Assembly: GCA_964619725.1 (NCBI GenBank)
Contig: CAZUFC010000014.1
Coordinates: forward strand, 40,641-104,640
Direction of reading: 5' to 3'
Length of the DNA stretch: 64,000 nt
DNA from: an uncultured bacterium
Lineage (GTDB): Bacteria; CSSED10-310; CAZUFC01
Numbering within the stretch: position 1 is the stretch's first letter; every line of letters starts with the position of its first letter. A program made the position numbers and the translations under genes. Below the pieces are notes generated by a model, which was given only the letters and a program-made list of their open reading frames with translations, was not told where the DNA came from and did not search any database. This document shows positions 28,175-37,640 of this stretch, piece after piece.

Positions 28175-29524
28175 ATGAGATATATTCCTCATACTGATGA
28201 AGATATTCGAAAGATGCTGGAAAAAATAGGCGTCGCTTCTCCGGCAGAGCTTTTCTCGGATATTCCGGAAAATGTCCGGTTGAAAGGTGAGCTTAATCTT
28301 CCCGATTCCAAGTCCGAGCAGGATGTCGTCAGAGAATTCAATGAATTTTCTAAAACCGAAAATGCCTGCACGGATAAATTCAGTTATTTTCTGGGCGCCG
28401 GAGCATATCCGCATTATGTGCCGGCTCCGGTTTCTCAACTGGTCAACCGGGGAGAATTTTTAACGGCTTACACACCATATCAGCCGGAAGTCAGCCAGGG
28501 TTCCCTGCAGGCATTTTTTGAATTTCAGACAATGATTTGCATGTTGACGGGAATGGATTATTCCAATGCATCACTTTACGACGGAGCGACGGCAGTTGCT
28601 GAAGCTGCGATGCTATCCGTCCGCAAGAAGAGAAAAAAGAAAATACTATGCTCTCGCACATTGCATCCTTATTACAGAAGCGTATTGAAAACCTATTTCG
28701 CCTTTAACGACGGCGAAATAGAAGAAATAGGCTTTACGGAATCCGGAACGACGGATATGAAAGAGCTGTCCGACAAAATAGATCAGGACACGGCAGCAGT
28801 GATCGTTCAGTCGCCTAATTTTTTTGGACGGCTCGAAGATTTGAAGAAGATACGCGCTATGACTGAAGATAAAAAATCGCTTTTTGTCTCCGTGGTCTCC
28901 GAATTATTATCGCTGGGTTTGCTGAAACCGCCGGGAGAATACGGCGCCGACATCGTGGTGGGAGAATCTCAATCATTCGGCAACTCCCTCAATTACGGCG
29001 GACCTTACGTCGGATTCATGGCCGCTCAAAAGAAATTTCTGCGAACCATGCCCGGACGCCTGGTGGGACAAACAGTGGATTCCAAAGGCCGCAAGGGTTA
29101 CGTACTCACCCTGTCCACGAGGGAACAACACATCCGAAGAGAGCGCGCCACATCAAACATCTGCACCAATCAAGCCCTGTGTGCACTCAGCGCCGTCATT
29201 CATATGTCCCTGCTGGGAAAAAAAGGCATAAGAGAACTGGCCGTCCTGAATGCTCAGAAAGCTCACTATGCCTGGAATAAACTTAAAAATCTGAAGGGAA
29301 TCAAGGAACGCTACCCGCGTCCGTTTTTCAATGAATTCACCCTCTCCTTCGATAAAGACGTCGATACTATAAACCGGAAACTGGCGGAAAAAAATATTAT
29401 AGGCGGATTCAATCTCGGAAAAGAATATCCCGAATTGAAAAACGAAATGCTTTTATGCGTTACGGAATTAAACTCTAAAAAGGATATAGACCGTCTGGCG
29501 AACGCCCTGGAAGAAATACTCTGA
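28175..29524 (+). CDS. gcvPA: Glycine dehydrogenase subunit 1
   Basis: FLTAYTPYQPEVSQG, REQHIRRERATSNICTNQ. Confidence 0.97.
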   Translation: MRYIPHTDEDIRKMLEKIGVASPAELFSDIPENVRLKGELNLPDSKSEQDVVREFNEFSKTENACTDKFSYFLGAGAYPHYVPAPVSQLVNRGEFLTAYTPYQPEVSQGSLQAFFEFQTMICMLTGMDYSNASLYDGATAVAEAAMLSVRKKRKKKILCSRTLHPYYRSVLKTYFAFNDGEIEEIGFTESGTTDMKELSDKIDQDTAAVIVQSPNFFGRLEDLKKIRAMTEDKKSLFVSVVSELLSLGLLKPPGEYGADIVVGESQSFGNSLNYGGPYVGFMAAQKKFLRTMPGRLVGQTVDSKGRKGYVLTLSTREQHIRRERATSNICTNQALCALSAVIHMSLLGKKGIRELAVLNAQKAHYAWNKLKNLKGIKERYPRPFFNEFTLSFDKDVDTINRKLAEKNIIGGFNLGKEYPELKNEMLLCVTELNSKKDIDRLANALEEIL

Positions 29525-29671
29525 CATTAGCCGTTCGTCTCGACTGCACGGCATGCTGCCGAACCTGACCGGCTGTTTTTCGGGACCATTTCACATCGAC
29601 ATGGCTTGCATGCTTTTTCCGTAAACAAAAAAACAACAATTCCTGCAAACCGGGAGGAATCAATAAAGCTC

Positions 29672-31177
29672 ATGAGTAATGAAAAATACAGCAGACCGGG
29701 GACCTCCGGATTAATTTTCGAGGAACCTCCGATTTTTGAGATAAGCAGTCCGGGTCGCCAGGGAGCGGACATACCCGTTCCGGATACGCCCGTGGAACCT
29801 CTGGAATCCTTATTCAACGAGGAGGAAATTCGTGATGAGATCGAAGATTTTCCGGAGGTGAGCGAGTTCGATGTCGTCAGACATTTTACTCGATTATCGC
29901 AATGGAATTTCGCCATAGACCTGGGATTCTATCCTTTAGGTTCCTGCACCATGAAATACAACCCCCGGGTCAATGAAATGACGGCTTCCCTTCCTTTTTT
30001 CAGGGGAGCGCATCCCATGCAACCTGAAGAATATTCCCAGGCTTGTCTCAAGGTTATGTATGAACTGGAAGAAGCGTTGAAAGAAATATGCGGATTTAAT
30101 GCGGTTTCGCTTCAACCTTCTGCCGGAGCGCACGGAGAATTAACCGGATTGCTTCTAATAAGAGCATATCTGAATGATCACGGGGCGGCGGACAAAGATA
30201 TCGTTTTGATTCCCAATTCTGCTCACGGCACTAATCCGGCCAGCAGCGTGACCGGCGGATTCAAAACGGTTGAAGTCGATACCAGAAGCGACGGTTGTAT
30301 GGATGTAGAGGATTTGAAAAGCAAGTTGAATGACAAGATAGCCGCCATAATGGTTACCAATCCGAATACTCTCGGAATATTCGAAAAGGATATTTGTGAA
30401 GTAAGCGGCATGATTCATGATGCCGGCGGGCTGGTTTACTGTGACGGCGCCAACATGAACGCCATGCTAGGAATAGCCAGACCCGGAGATATGGGAATCG
30501 ACGTCATACATGTCAACCTCCATAAAACATTCTCCACGCCTCACGGAGGAGGCGGTCCCGGCGCCGGGCCGGTAGCGGTGAATGAAAAATTAGAACCCTA
30601 CCTTCCCATGCCGGGCATCCTTAAAGAAAACGATAAGTTTAGACTCAACTGGGACATACCGAAATCAATCGGCAAAGTCAGCACATTTTACGGCAACTTC
30701 GCTGTTATGGTCCGTGCCCTTACCTACATCAAATCACTCGGTAAAGACGGTTTAAAAAGAATTTCTGAAATGGCCGTCCTGAACGCTAATTATGTCAGAA
30801 AAAGCCTGGAACAGGAATACAACATCCCGTATAACGTCCTCTGCAAGCATGAAGTCATAATGAATGATAAAAAACAGAGCAAATTCGGGGTTTCTACGAT
30901 GGATATCGCCAAACGACTCCTGGATTACGGATTCCATCCGCCGACAGTATACTTCCCCCTCATCGTTCCCGGAGCCCTCATGATCGAACCCACTGAAAAT
31001 GAAAGCAAAAAAACGATCGATGCCTTCATTCAAGCCCTGAAAGACATCTCCGCTGAAGCTCAAAAGAATCCCGATGCTCTCCATTCTGCGCCTCATCTGA
31101 CCAAACGGACAAGACTGGATGAAACAAAAGCAGCCAGAAATCCTGTACTTAAAATGCAAAAAGAGGATAATTCATGA
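29672..31177 (+). CDS. gcvPB: Glycine dehydrogenase subunit 2
   Basis: PLGSCTMKYNP, NLHKTFSTPHGGGGPG; start at ATG 29672 preferred over TTG 29606. Confidence 0.97.
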   Translation: MSNEKYSRPGTSGLIFEEPPIFEISSPGRQGADIPVPDTPVEPLESLFNEEEIRDEIEDFPEVSEFDVVRHFTRLSQWNFAIDLGFYPLGSCTMKYNPRVNEMTASLPFFRGAHPMQPEEYSQACLKVMYELEEALKEICGFNAVSLQPSAGAHGELTGLLLIRAYLNDHGAADKDIVLIPNSAHGTNPASSVTGGFKTVEVDTRSDGCMDVEDLKSKLNDKIAAIMVTNPNTLGIFEKDICEVSGMIHDAGGLVYCDGANMNAMLGIARPGDMGIDVIHVNLHKTFSTPHGGGGPGAGPVAVNEKLEPYLPMPGILKENDKFRLNWDIPKSIGKVSTFYGNFAVMVRALTYIKSLGKDGLKRISEMAVLNANYVRKSLEQEYNIPYNVLCKHEVIMNDKKQSKFGVSTMDIAKRLLDYGFHPPTVYFPLIVPGALMIEPTENESKKTIDAFIQALKDISAEAQKNPDALHSAPHLTKRTRLDETKAARNPVLKMQKEDNS

Positions 31178-31550
31178 TGACGAATGCCGGCAGCATGAGG
31201 TGATTTTCTCCCGGTAACTGGAAATGCTGAACATCGAAGGCCGTTGCCTGATGCTGGATTGACTCCACTATCATCCGCGAATTCACGCGAATTTACGCGA
31301 AAAGAGAAGAAGGAAAAATTTTTACGTTTGCTGATCACGTTACGAGCGATGGGTTCAATAAAGGCATCGATGAACGCTTTAAAGGTAAACCATCATGACG
31401 AAAACTCAATAAACATACGAGTCTCGGCAATGGCGAACCTCTTATTCGTCCGATTCGTGAGATTCGTGGTTAAATACCGACATAATTCCTTCACCAACGC
31501 CAAGCCGCTTCACTCTGCCATAAAACACCAAAACCATCATCCCCTCAGTT

Positions 31551-32489
31551 TCATCTTCCAAATTTTGAAGATTCGATGCCCAAATGACGCGACAACTCTT
31601 GGCCTTTCTCGTAGCAGCGCTTAAATAATCGTTGATCGCCCATTTTCTGGGCTAGGGAAACGAGATGAGCATAATCGGTGAAAAGCAATCGAAAATCTTC
31701 CGCTTTTTCCCCGTATTCGACGGCGGTTTCAAGAGCTTTTACAGCCTTTTCGAATTCTCCCGTTTTAAGATAAATCTGCGCCAGGTTGTGATGGTCGAGG
31801 GCAAGAGCGGAGATCGAATTCTGCATTTCATGCAGCTCTATGGCTTTTTTCTGATAGTTCAGCGCTTTTTCGGTATCGTTCAGCATAAGATGAAAAGTCC
31901 CTATATTGCTGAGCAAATCGCCGATTAATGCCTCGTTTTTATTCTGTCTTGCGACATCCAGAGCTTTCTGTGCCGTATCCAGGGCTTTGGATGCTTGCCC
32001 TTCTTTGGCCAGACAGTTTGACTTCAGCTTCATAAGGTATTCGGAATCAGGATGCTCTTCAATCAGTGAGCATGCATCCTCAAGCGTTTCCCCGTACCGT
32101 CCTGCCCTGTATTTAAGAAGCGCCAGTCCGTAATATGCCTGCAGACGCGTCTTGTCGGATTCAACCTTTTCACTCAACTCCGTTAAACGTTCGATCCCGC
32201 CTTGGATTCGCTTACTCACAACGTAAGCTTCAGCCAGTTCCTCGATTTCTTCAAAACCGGCGCGACCGTTTATGAGAGCTTCATTCAGTTCATTGATCCG
32301 TTTATCTTTATTTTGAGCAGGAAAATAATTATCGGGCGATCCGGCGGGCACACGCATGCTGTACAGTTGTTTCAGGTTTGATGATCTTTCGGAGGAGCTC
32401 AACAGCATTTCGCCCAAATAGATGCCTGCAGCAACGATTAAACCGGAGAAAACTATAAAAAAAGGTTTTAAAGTCGACCTGGACGCCAT
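31551..32489 (-). CDS. Membrane-anchored TPR protein
   Basis: N-terminal TM; TPRs (LSNIGTFH..EKALNYQKKA; HNLAQIYLKTGEFEKA). Confidence 0.85.
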   Translation of the reverse strand: MASRSTLKPFFIVFSGLIVAAGIYLGEMLLSSSERSSNLKQLYSMRVPAGSPDNYFPAQNKDKRINELNEALINGRAGFEEIEELAEAYVVSKRIQGGIERLTELSEKVESDKTRLQAYYGLALLKYRAGRYGETLEDACSLIEEHPDSEYLMKLKSNCLAKEGQASKALDTAQKALDVARQNKNEALIGDLLSNIGTFHLMLNDTEKALNYQKKAIELHEMQNSISALALDHHNLAQIYLKTGEFEKAVKALETAVEYGEKAEDFRLLFTDYAHLVSLAQKMGDQRLFKRCYEKGQELSRHLGIESSKFGR

Positions 32490-32621
32490 TAATAAAACTT
32501 CGCTTTTTCCCTTTGATCCGTTGAGAAAAAGAGGATAAAATTTGATATGTCTTCAGTTTTTATGAAATTACAGTATTCCCCTCATCATATCTGAAGCCGG
32601 CTTTTTAAGCTGCATCCGGAT

Positions 32622-33056
32622 TCATATTTCCAGAAGAACCTGATAATCCTCCCGTGATTCCCCTTCAGGAATCTCTTTTTTCACCAGAAGTACACCCTCT
32701 TCTGATATCCGGCGAATGCAAATGTCAGTACCCTCTATACACTCATTCAAACGGAACCATTCCTGAGTGAAATCCTTGAATCTTATGACCGCTATTTCAT
32801 CTTCGCCGGAAGAAACTATGCCGACGAGATTCAGAGAATCCACATAGGCTTTGAATTTTTCGGCGCCCGTTAATTCTTTCTGTTCCGGTTCTTTCGCAAC
32901 ATCCGAAACCTGATTATCCTCCCTATCTTGTTCCGTCTGGGGATCATCGGCTTTTGTTTCAACTGCAGGTTCCATAGGTTCCTGCGCCTCGGCGACAGTA
33001 AAAACCGCACAAAGAATAAAAACTAAAGCCGGGATAAAGAAATATTTTCCTCTCAT
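32622..33056 (-). CDS. Exported protein with a PilP/GspC-HR-like beta domain
   Basis: Signal peptide; LNLVGIVS...AVI...IRRISEEGVLL pattern; 4-bp overlap with the transglutaminase gene. Confidence 0.6.
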   Translation of the reverse strand: MRGKYFFIPALVFILCAVFTVAEAQEPMEPAVETKADDPQTEQDREDNQVSDVAKEPEQKELTGAEKFKAYVDSLNLVGIVSSGEDEIAVIRFKDFTQEWFRLNECIEGTDICIRRISEEGVLLVKKEIPEGESREDYQVLLEI

Positions 33057-35170
33057 TGCCTTTTTCTCCTCTTAAACTTTTTCAAACGTTCGATCATCTC
33101 TTTTCTTGTTTCCCTTGCGGGAATTCTTCCGCCGAATCTGGTCAAGCAATACACATCAATAATCGGTTCCAGCAACTCTGCGAATTCAGGACGTTTTTTT
33201 CTGATTCTTTCAAGATATTCCCAGGGACCTTCGTACTTGAATTTCGGGCCAATAACAGGTTCAACGCCCCGTAAAAACCGACTGTAGAGATTCACTGCAT
33301 AAATCTGTCCTTCAGATCGTTCGGCAGCAGACATTAAACGTATCCAATATCTCACCAGGCTAATCCCATCGTAGAAAACGAAAATCGCAAGGACGCTCAA
33401 CATGAGTGATATGATCATAGCAGTTTTAAGGAAAAAAGCCAAGTTATTTTTCAATGTGACCGACAAATCGAAAAAGAGTTTTCCCGTTTTCAGCGCAATG
33501 ACATGTATAATGTTTTTCAGGTTGCTGATAATGATGATCTGCTGATGTTTTGAGAAATCGATGAAACGACGGCGCCATTTCGATTCCAGGTTTCTTTTCA
33601 GCTGGAACCACCAACCGTCCGCCCCTCTGTCGTCCAGGTCCGTTCGGGGAGGAGTGGGATCGAAAGGTAACCATCCGAAAGCGGGAATATAAACTTCGGC
33701 CCAGGCATGGATATCCTTGTTTCTGACGATCCTGACCCCGGCGCCTGCATTCGTTCCGGAAAGGTAACCGTTCACGAGCCGGGAAGGTATGCCCAGGCTT
33801 CGCATAAGCAAAACGAAAGCTGATGCGAAATACTCGCAATGACCCTTTTTATTATGAAAAAGAAAATCCTCGACAGGATCATAGCCTCGTCCGACCGCTT
33901 TTCTTTTCAGGCTGTAATCGTAATTATCCCGAAGGTAATCTCTTATGATTACAGCTTTTTCATAGACATTCTGAGAATCGTCGACAAGCCCTCCGGCCAG
34001 ACGACTCACTCGACTCGATATGGTCGCCGGCATCTGCGTGTATTTGTAAAAAAGGTCTCTCGAAAGAACCTTTCTGGCGCCGCGCTGCTGTCCATTCCGA
34101 TATATTTTTTCAGGGACCTCGGAAATGTCCGTTCTGTTCAGATAAAGCCTGTATGAATAACCTGAACGAACGCTTCGGGTCGGAAAAGCGGCGCCCTGCT
34201 CATCCTGGGACACTACAACGTCGTCCGTTTTGATAATTTCGGCGCCGTAAGGAATAAAAAGCGCCCTTTTTTCATGATTGACTGCCGTAATCTTTATATG
34301 CTGCAGTTCATCGATTTCTCCTGACTCTGTTTCCCCCGACTGCAGCGGGATATCCTCCAATTTATAGACCTCTTCCGCAATGCGCTCGGCTCTGTGATAC
34401 CGTCTTTTTGCGGTTTCCCAAACAAAATCTTCATAATGATCGAAAACGAGTCCTCGAAAATAGTCCACCCGGGGACCGCTGACGCGAAAAACAATCTGGT
34501 CGCTTTCCATTATATCCGTGAAATCGCCCAGAAATATCGAACGGGAGAATCCCGTCGTCTGCTTATAATTATCATCGAAGGCTCCGATAAAGCCTGGCGG
34601 CGTACGAGGAACCAACGGAAAGAGGAAAACGGCAAAAATAATGACGAAGGATGTAACGGCCAGGGCAAAGGCGTAATCGGCATGCTGAGGCGATTCATGC
34701 GAAGGGGATTCCCGAAATTGTTCTTTATTTGCAATGAGTTTTAACTTAATAAGAGAATAAACCGAGGCGGCGACGTAAGCCAGGAGGAAAAGAACGAAAG
34801 TGACGGATTCGGTCAGAACTGCAGCCGCCAGGAATTGTATGAGCGAAATAATCAGAATGTAGGAGTATTCCTTGGTATTTTTCTTTTTTACCGACAAAAC
34901 GACTTGAATGAACATCAGGAAATGCGTCAAAGCCAGGATTCGGATGTCCGCCCTGAGCAGTCCCTCTGCTGCGAAGACCATAAAAGCGGTCAAAGCAGCA
35001 AAATTAATTCCCCGTCTTGATATATTGAATTCTGAAACCAGCAGACTCAGGACGAAAACCGCAGTAAGGGATAAAGAAATCGTGGGATTCTCCGCAGCTT
35101 CCATCTCAGCCGTAATGATGGCCATGTTAGCGATCAGCCCGGCCCAGAAAAATGACCATGCTTTTTTCAT
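33053..35170 (-). CDS. TgpA-like membrane transglutaminase (DUF3488 + transglutaminase core + DUF4129-like)
   Basis: Catalytic Cys-His-Asp in GHCEYFAS, HAWAEVY, FDPTP; FPLVPR and TGFS motifs. Confidence 0.92.
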   Translation of the reverse strand: MKKAWSFFWAGLIANMAIITAEMEAAENPTISLSLTAVFVLSLLVSEFNISRRGINFAALTAFMVFAAEGLLRADIRILALTHFLMFIQVVLSVKKKNTKEYSYILIISLIQFLAAAVLTESVTFVLFLLAYVAASVYSLIKLKLIANKEQFRESPSHESPQHADYAFALAVTSFVIIFAVFLFPLVPRTPPGFIGAFDDNYKQTTGFSRSIFLGDFTDIMESDQIVFRVSGPRVDYFRGLVFDHYEDFVWETAKRRYHRAERIAEEVYKLEDIPLQSGETESGEIDELQHIKITAVNHEKRALFIPYGAEIIKTDDVVVSQDEQGAAFPTRSVRSGYSYRLYLNRTDISEVPEKIYRNGQQRGARKVLSRDLFYKYTQMPATISSRVSRLAGGLVDDSQNVYEKAVIIRDYLRDNYDYSLKRKAVGRGYDPVEDFLFHNKKGHCEYFASAFVLLMRSLGIPSRLVNGYLSGTNAGAGVRIVRNKDIHAWAEVYIPAFGWLPFDPTPPRTDLDDRGADGWWFQLKRNLESKWRRRFIDFSKHQQIIIISNLKNIIHVIALKTGKLFFDLSVTLKNNLAFFLKTAMIISLMLSVLAIFVFYDGISLVRYWIRLMSAAERSEGQIYAVNLYSRFLRGVEPVIGPKFKYEGPWEYLERIRKKRPEFAELLEPIIDVYCLTRFGGRIPARETRKEMIERLKKFKRRKRQ

Positions 35171-36361
35171 TTAAATGCTCCGCTCGCGAAAAACTGAAAT
35201 TTCTTCCAGATCGCTTTCATCATATATCAGATGACCGTTTAATCCGTAGTTTCTAATCCGGTTCATCATCCTTTCACCCCGTTTCATATCATTCTCTACA
35301 TTTAAAAGCATGAAACGGATATCGGAATTGCCGAGGGTCCGGAAAAATTCCAGAGTTTGCCTTGATATGTGAGAAAAAAGGATGATGAAGATTGCTGAAG
35401 AAGGCAAAAAGGGCAATGTCTTTTTGATCTCGGACTGCAGGTCTGTGCCCGGCGCCGGCATTTCCAGCGCCAGCCGCCTTAACTCAGGAAAAAGAAACTC
35501 TTTGGAATCTTTTAACAAAAGCATATCCCCGCTGCCGCCTGTTACGGAACGAAAACTGCAAGCATGCCCCTTGTTCAGGAAATAATCACAAAGAGCCGCG
35601 GTCATGCGTATCCTTTTCTCAAACAATTCATCAGGATTGTTCGGGTCGGCGCCGATCGATGCAGGGTCATTCATTATTACAAAGGACGGCTCCGCTTCCT
35701 TCTCATATTCCTTCACTATCAACTTTCCCAGACGCGCCGTCGATTTCCAGTGTATTTTTCTTACCTCATCCCCGTAATGATACTCCCGCAAATATAGAAT
35801 ATTGTCTCCCATCCCCGCCTTGCGTCTGACTGCTGAACCGGAAGACTGCACAGAACTGAATACCGGCGCAGGCATCCGTTGCAAAGGCTTATACTCCGGA
35901 TATACAACGACTTCCTTCTCCGCTTCGGCCTTCCTCCGAACCTGAAAAAATCCGAATGGAAAATCCGTCTCAAGCAAAACAGGGCGCAACTTGTGCAAAC
36001 CGCGTCTCCTGAACGCCTGCTCAATCTCCTGCTCCTTCGTCTCCCCTCCGCCCAAATACTCCAGATAAACAATCTCTTCCTCCTGCTCCAGGCTTATCTT
36101 CAAACCGTAAACAGGTAATCTTTTACTGTTTCTGACGGTTAATCTGATCGTTATCGGGCGGTTTTGAAACACATTCGCAGGAGATCGACGCTCAACCTCC
36201 ACTCCGCGTAACGCATAAATCGCATAAAGTATCGAAATAAAACTCAATCCGGCCAGCATTAAAAAAATTAAATACAGTAAATTCTTACCCGTGTTGAATG
36301 CCGAAGACAGAACCACTACCGATAACAATACGAAAATAAATCCTTGCTTCGTCAAACGCAT
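35171..36361 (-). CDS. DUF58 domain protein
   Basis: NTGKNLLYL, RRG, FPFG, LREYHYGDEVRKIHWKSTAR. Confidence 0.92.
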   Translation of the reverse strand: MRLTKQGFIFVLLSVVVLSSAFNTGKNLLYLIFLMLAGLSFISILYAIYALRGVEVERRSPANVFQNRPITIRLTVRNSKRLPVYGLKISLEQEEEIVYLEYLGGGETKEQEIEQAFRRRGLHKLRPVLLETDFPFGFFQVRRKAEAEKEVVVYPEYKPLQRMPAPVFSSVQSSGSAVRRKAGMGDNILYLREYHYGDEVRKIHWKSTARLGKLIVKEYEKEAEPSFVIMNDPASIGADPNNPDELFEKRIRMTAALCDYFLNKGHACSFRSVTGGSGDMLLLKDSKEFLFPELRRLALEMPAPGTDLQSEIKKTLPFLPSSAIFIILFSHISRQTLEFFRTLGNSDIRFMLLNVENDMKRGERMMNRIRNYGLNGHLIYDESDLEEISVFRERSI

Positions 36362-36601
36362 AACGTCTCTCTTGGCCTTTCCTTACAGATGAAAATGAAT
36401 ATTCCTCATGAACGCTATCCCGGGAAAATTACGCCTCTTCATCCACATCCCGCAGAAAACCGGAGCCATTACAAGCTCCCGCATCCTCTTTTGATTCACT
36501 TTCCTGCCCACAGGATTCGAATGAAATTAATGCCCCTTTCTCATCCGCCCCTATCTCAATCTAACTCCGCTGACCAACTTAGTAAGGAAAACACGACTGC
36601 A

Positions 36602-36937
36602 CTACTTCCTCAACTCCTCATCATCCTGTATGCCTCCCCAACGCCTGATCCGTAACTCATAATACACATTATCGCGCCATACCAGCTCTACCGTCAGCCG
36701 CATTCCGCTCTCTGTCTTCTCCTGAAATCCGCCTTCACGAAATGTAAACTTTCGAAAAAAATCTATCAGCTCCCCTTTCGCCGGAAGAACCTTCCACGGC
36801 GCCGGCTCTATCACCACTTCCGGATAACGCCTCATCAGTATTACGAACCCTATGCTCCCCGACTCCGTCTGCAAAGACTGTATATCCTGTTTCCGTATCC
36901 TGTGAATCAAAAGATCTTTTAAAGACCTTTTCATCAA
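36602..36937 (-). CDS. Hypothetical protein
   Basis: 111-aa ORF with SD GGAGG; no recognisable motif. Confidence 0.55.
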   Translation of the reverse strand: MMKRSLKDLLIHRIRKQDIQSLQTESGSIGFVILMRRYPEVVIEPAPWKVLPAKGELIDFFRKFTFREGGFQEKTESGMRLTVELVWRDNVYYELRIRRWGGIQDDEELRK

Positions 36938-37640
36938 CTCTTCCTCCGGCGATGTCGAAAAATTTATTTGATAGCGAAAATCATCCCTTTCATATTCTTA
37001 CCGTTATTTCATCGTTTGTCAAAATTACTCAAACGAAATATCTCGCACCGGCTGCTCCTTTTTTAGCGATTTTTTATGAGAGAATTTTCTCCATCCTCTT
37101 TGCCGACCTATTGCAGGGTAATGAATGAAAAAAACTAGCAGCGACAAAGTTCTTGCTTTTTCCGCTCCCGCAACTTGCAAAATTTATCTTAAATTGCAAA
37201 ATTTATCTTTTTTTTTACAAAAAAAATCACCTTCCTTTTTAATTAATTGTAAAAACTGAAGAAAATTTTCGGGATTTGCGAATCCAAAAAGGGGTTGCGT
37301 TAAACGGAAGGAATGTGAATTTAACTGCGAAACGGAATGACTTATACTTTTAATGGTCCGAATAAGCGTTGCTTTGAGGGATAATCGAGTATCAAACAAA
37401 TTTTATAAAGAGCTGTGAAGACTTAAGAAAAAAAATGTAAATTTATTATTATTTTGTCATTTTGCTTGACATAATTTTCGAAATCCTTTTATTATTTTAA
37501 TTGTAAGACATTAGAGATGAGAGTGGGGAATCTCTAAAGAAACATTCAGTTTTTTTTATGCAATTATGGGATGCTGATTTTCATTGGGAAAATGGAAAAG
37601 ATCAATCACTTTGGCTACTGAAAAAAGGGGGGCAATTGAG

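Noticed and set aside
36940-37580. oriC in the AT-rich gap (also considered 14018-14437)
   Set aside because: No clear DnaA-box cluster seen; kept only as a skew observation
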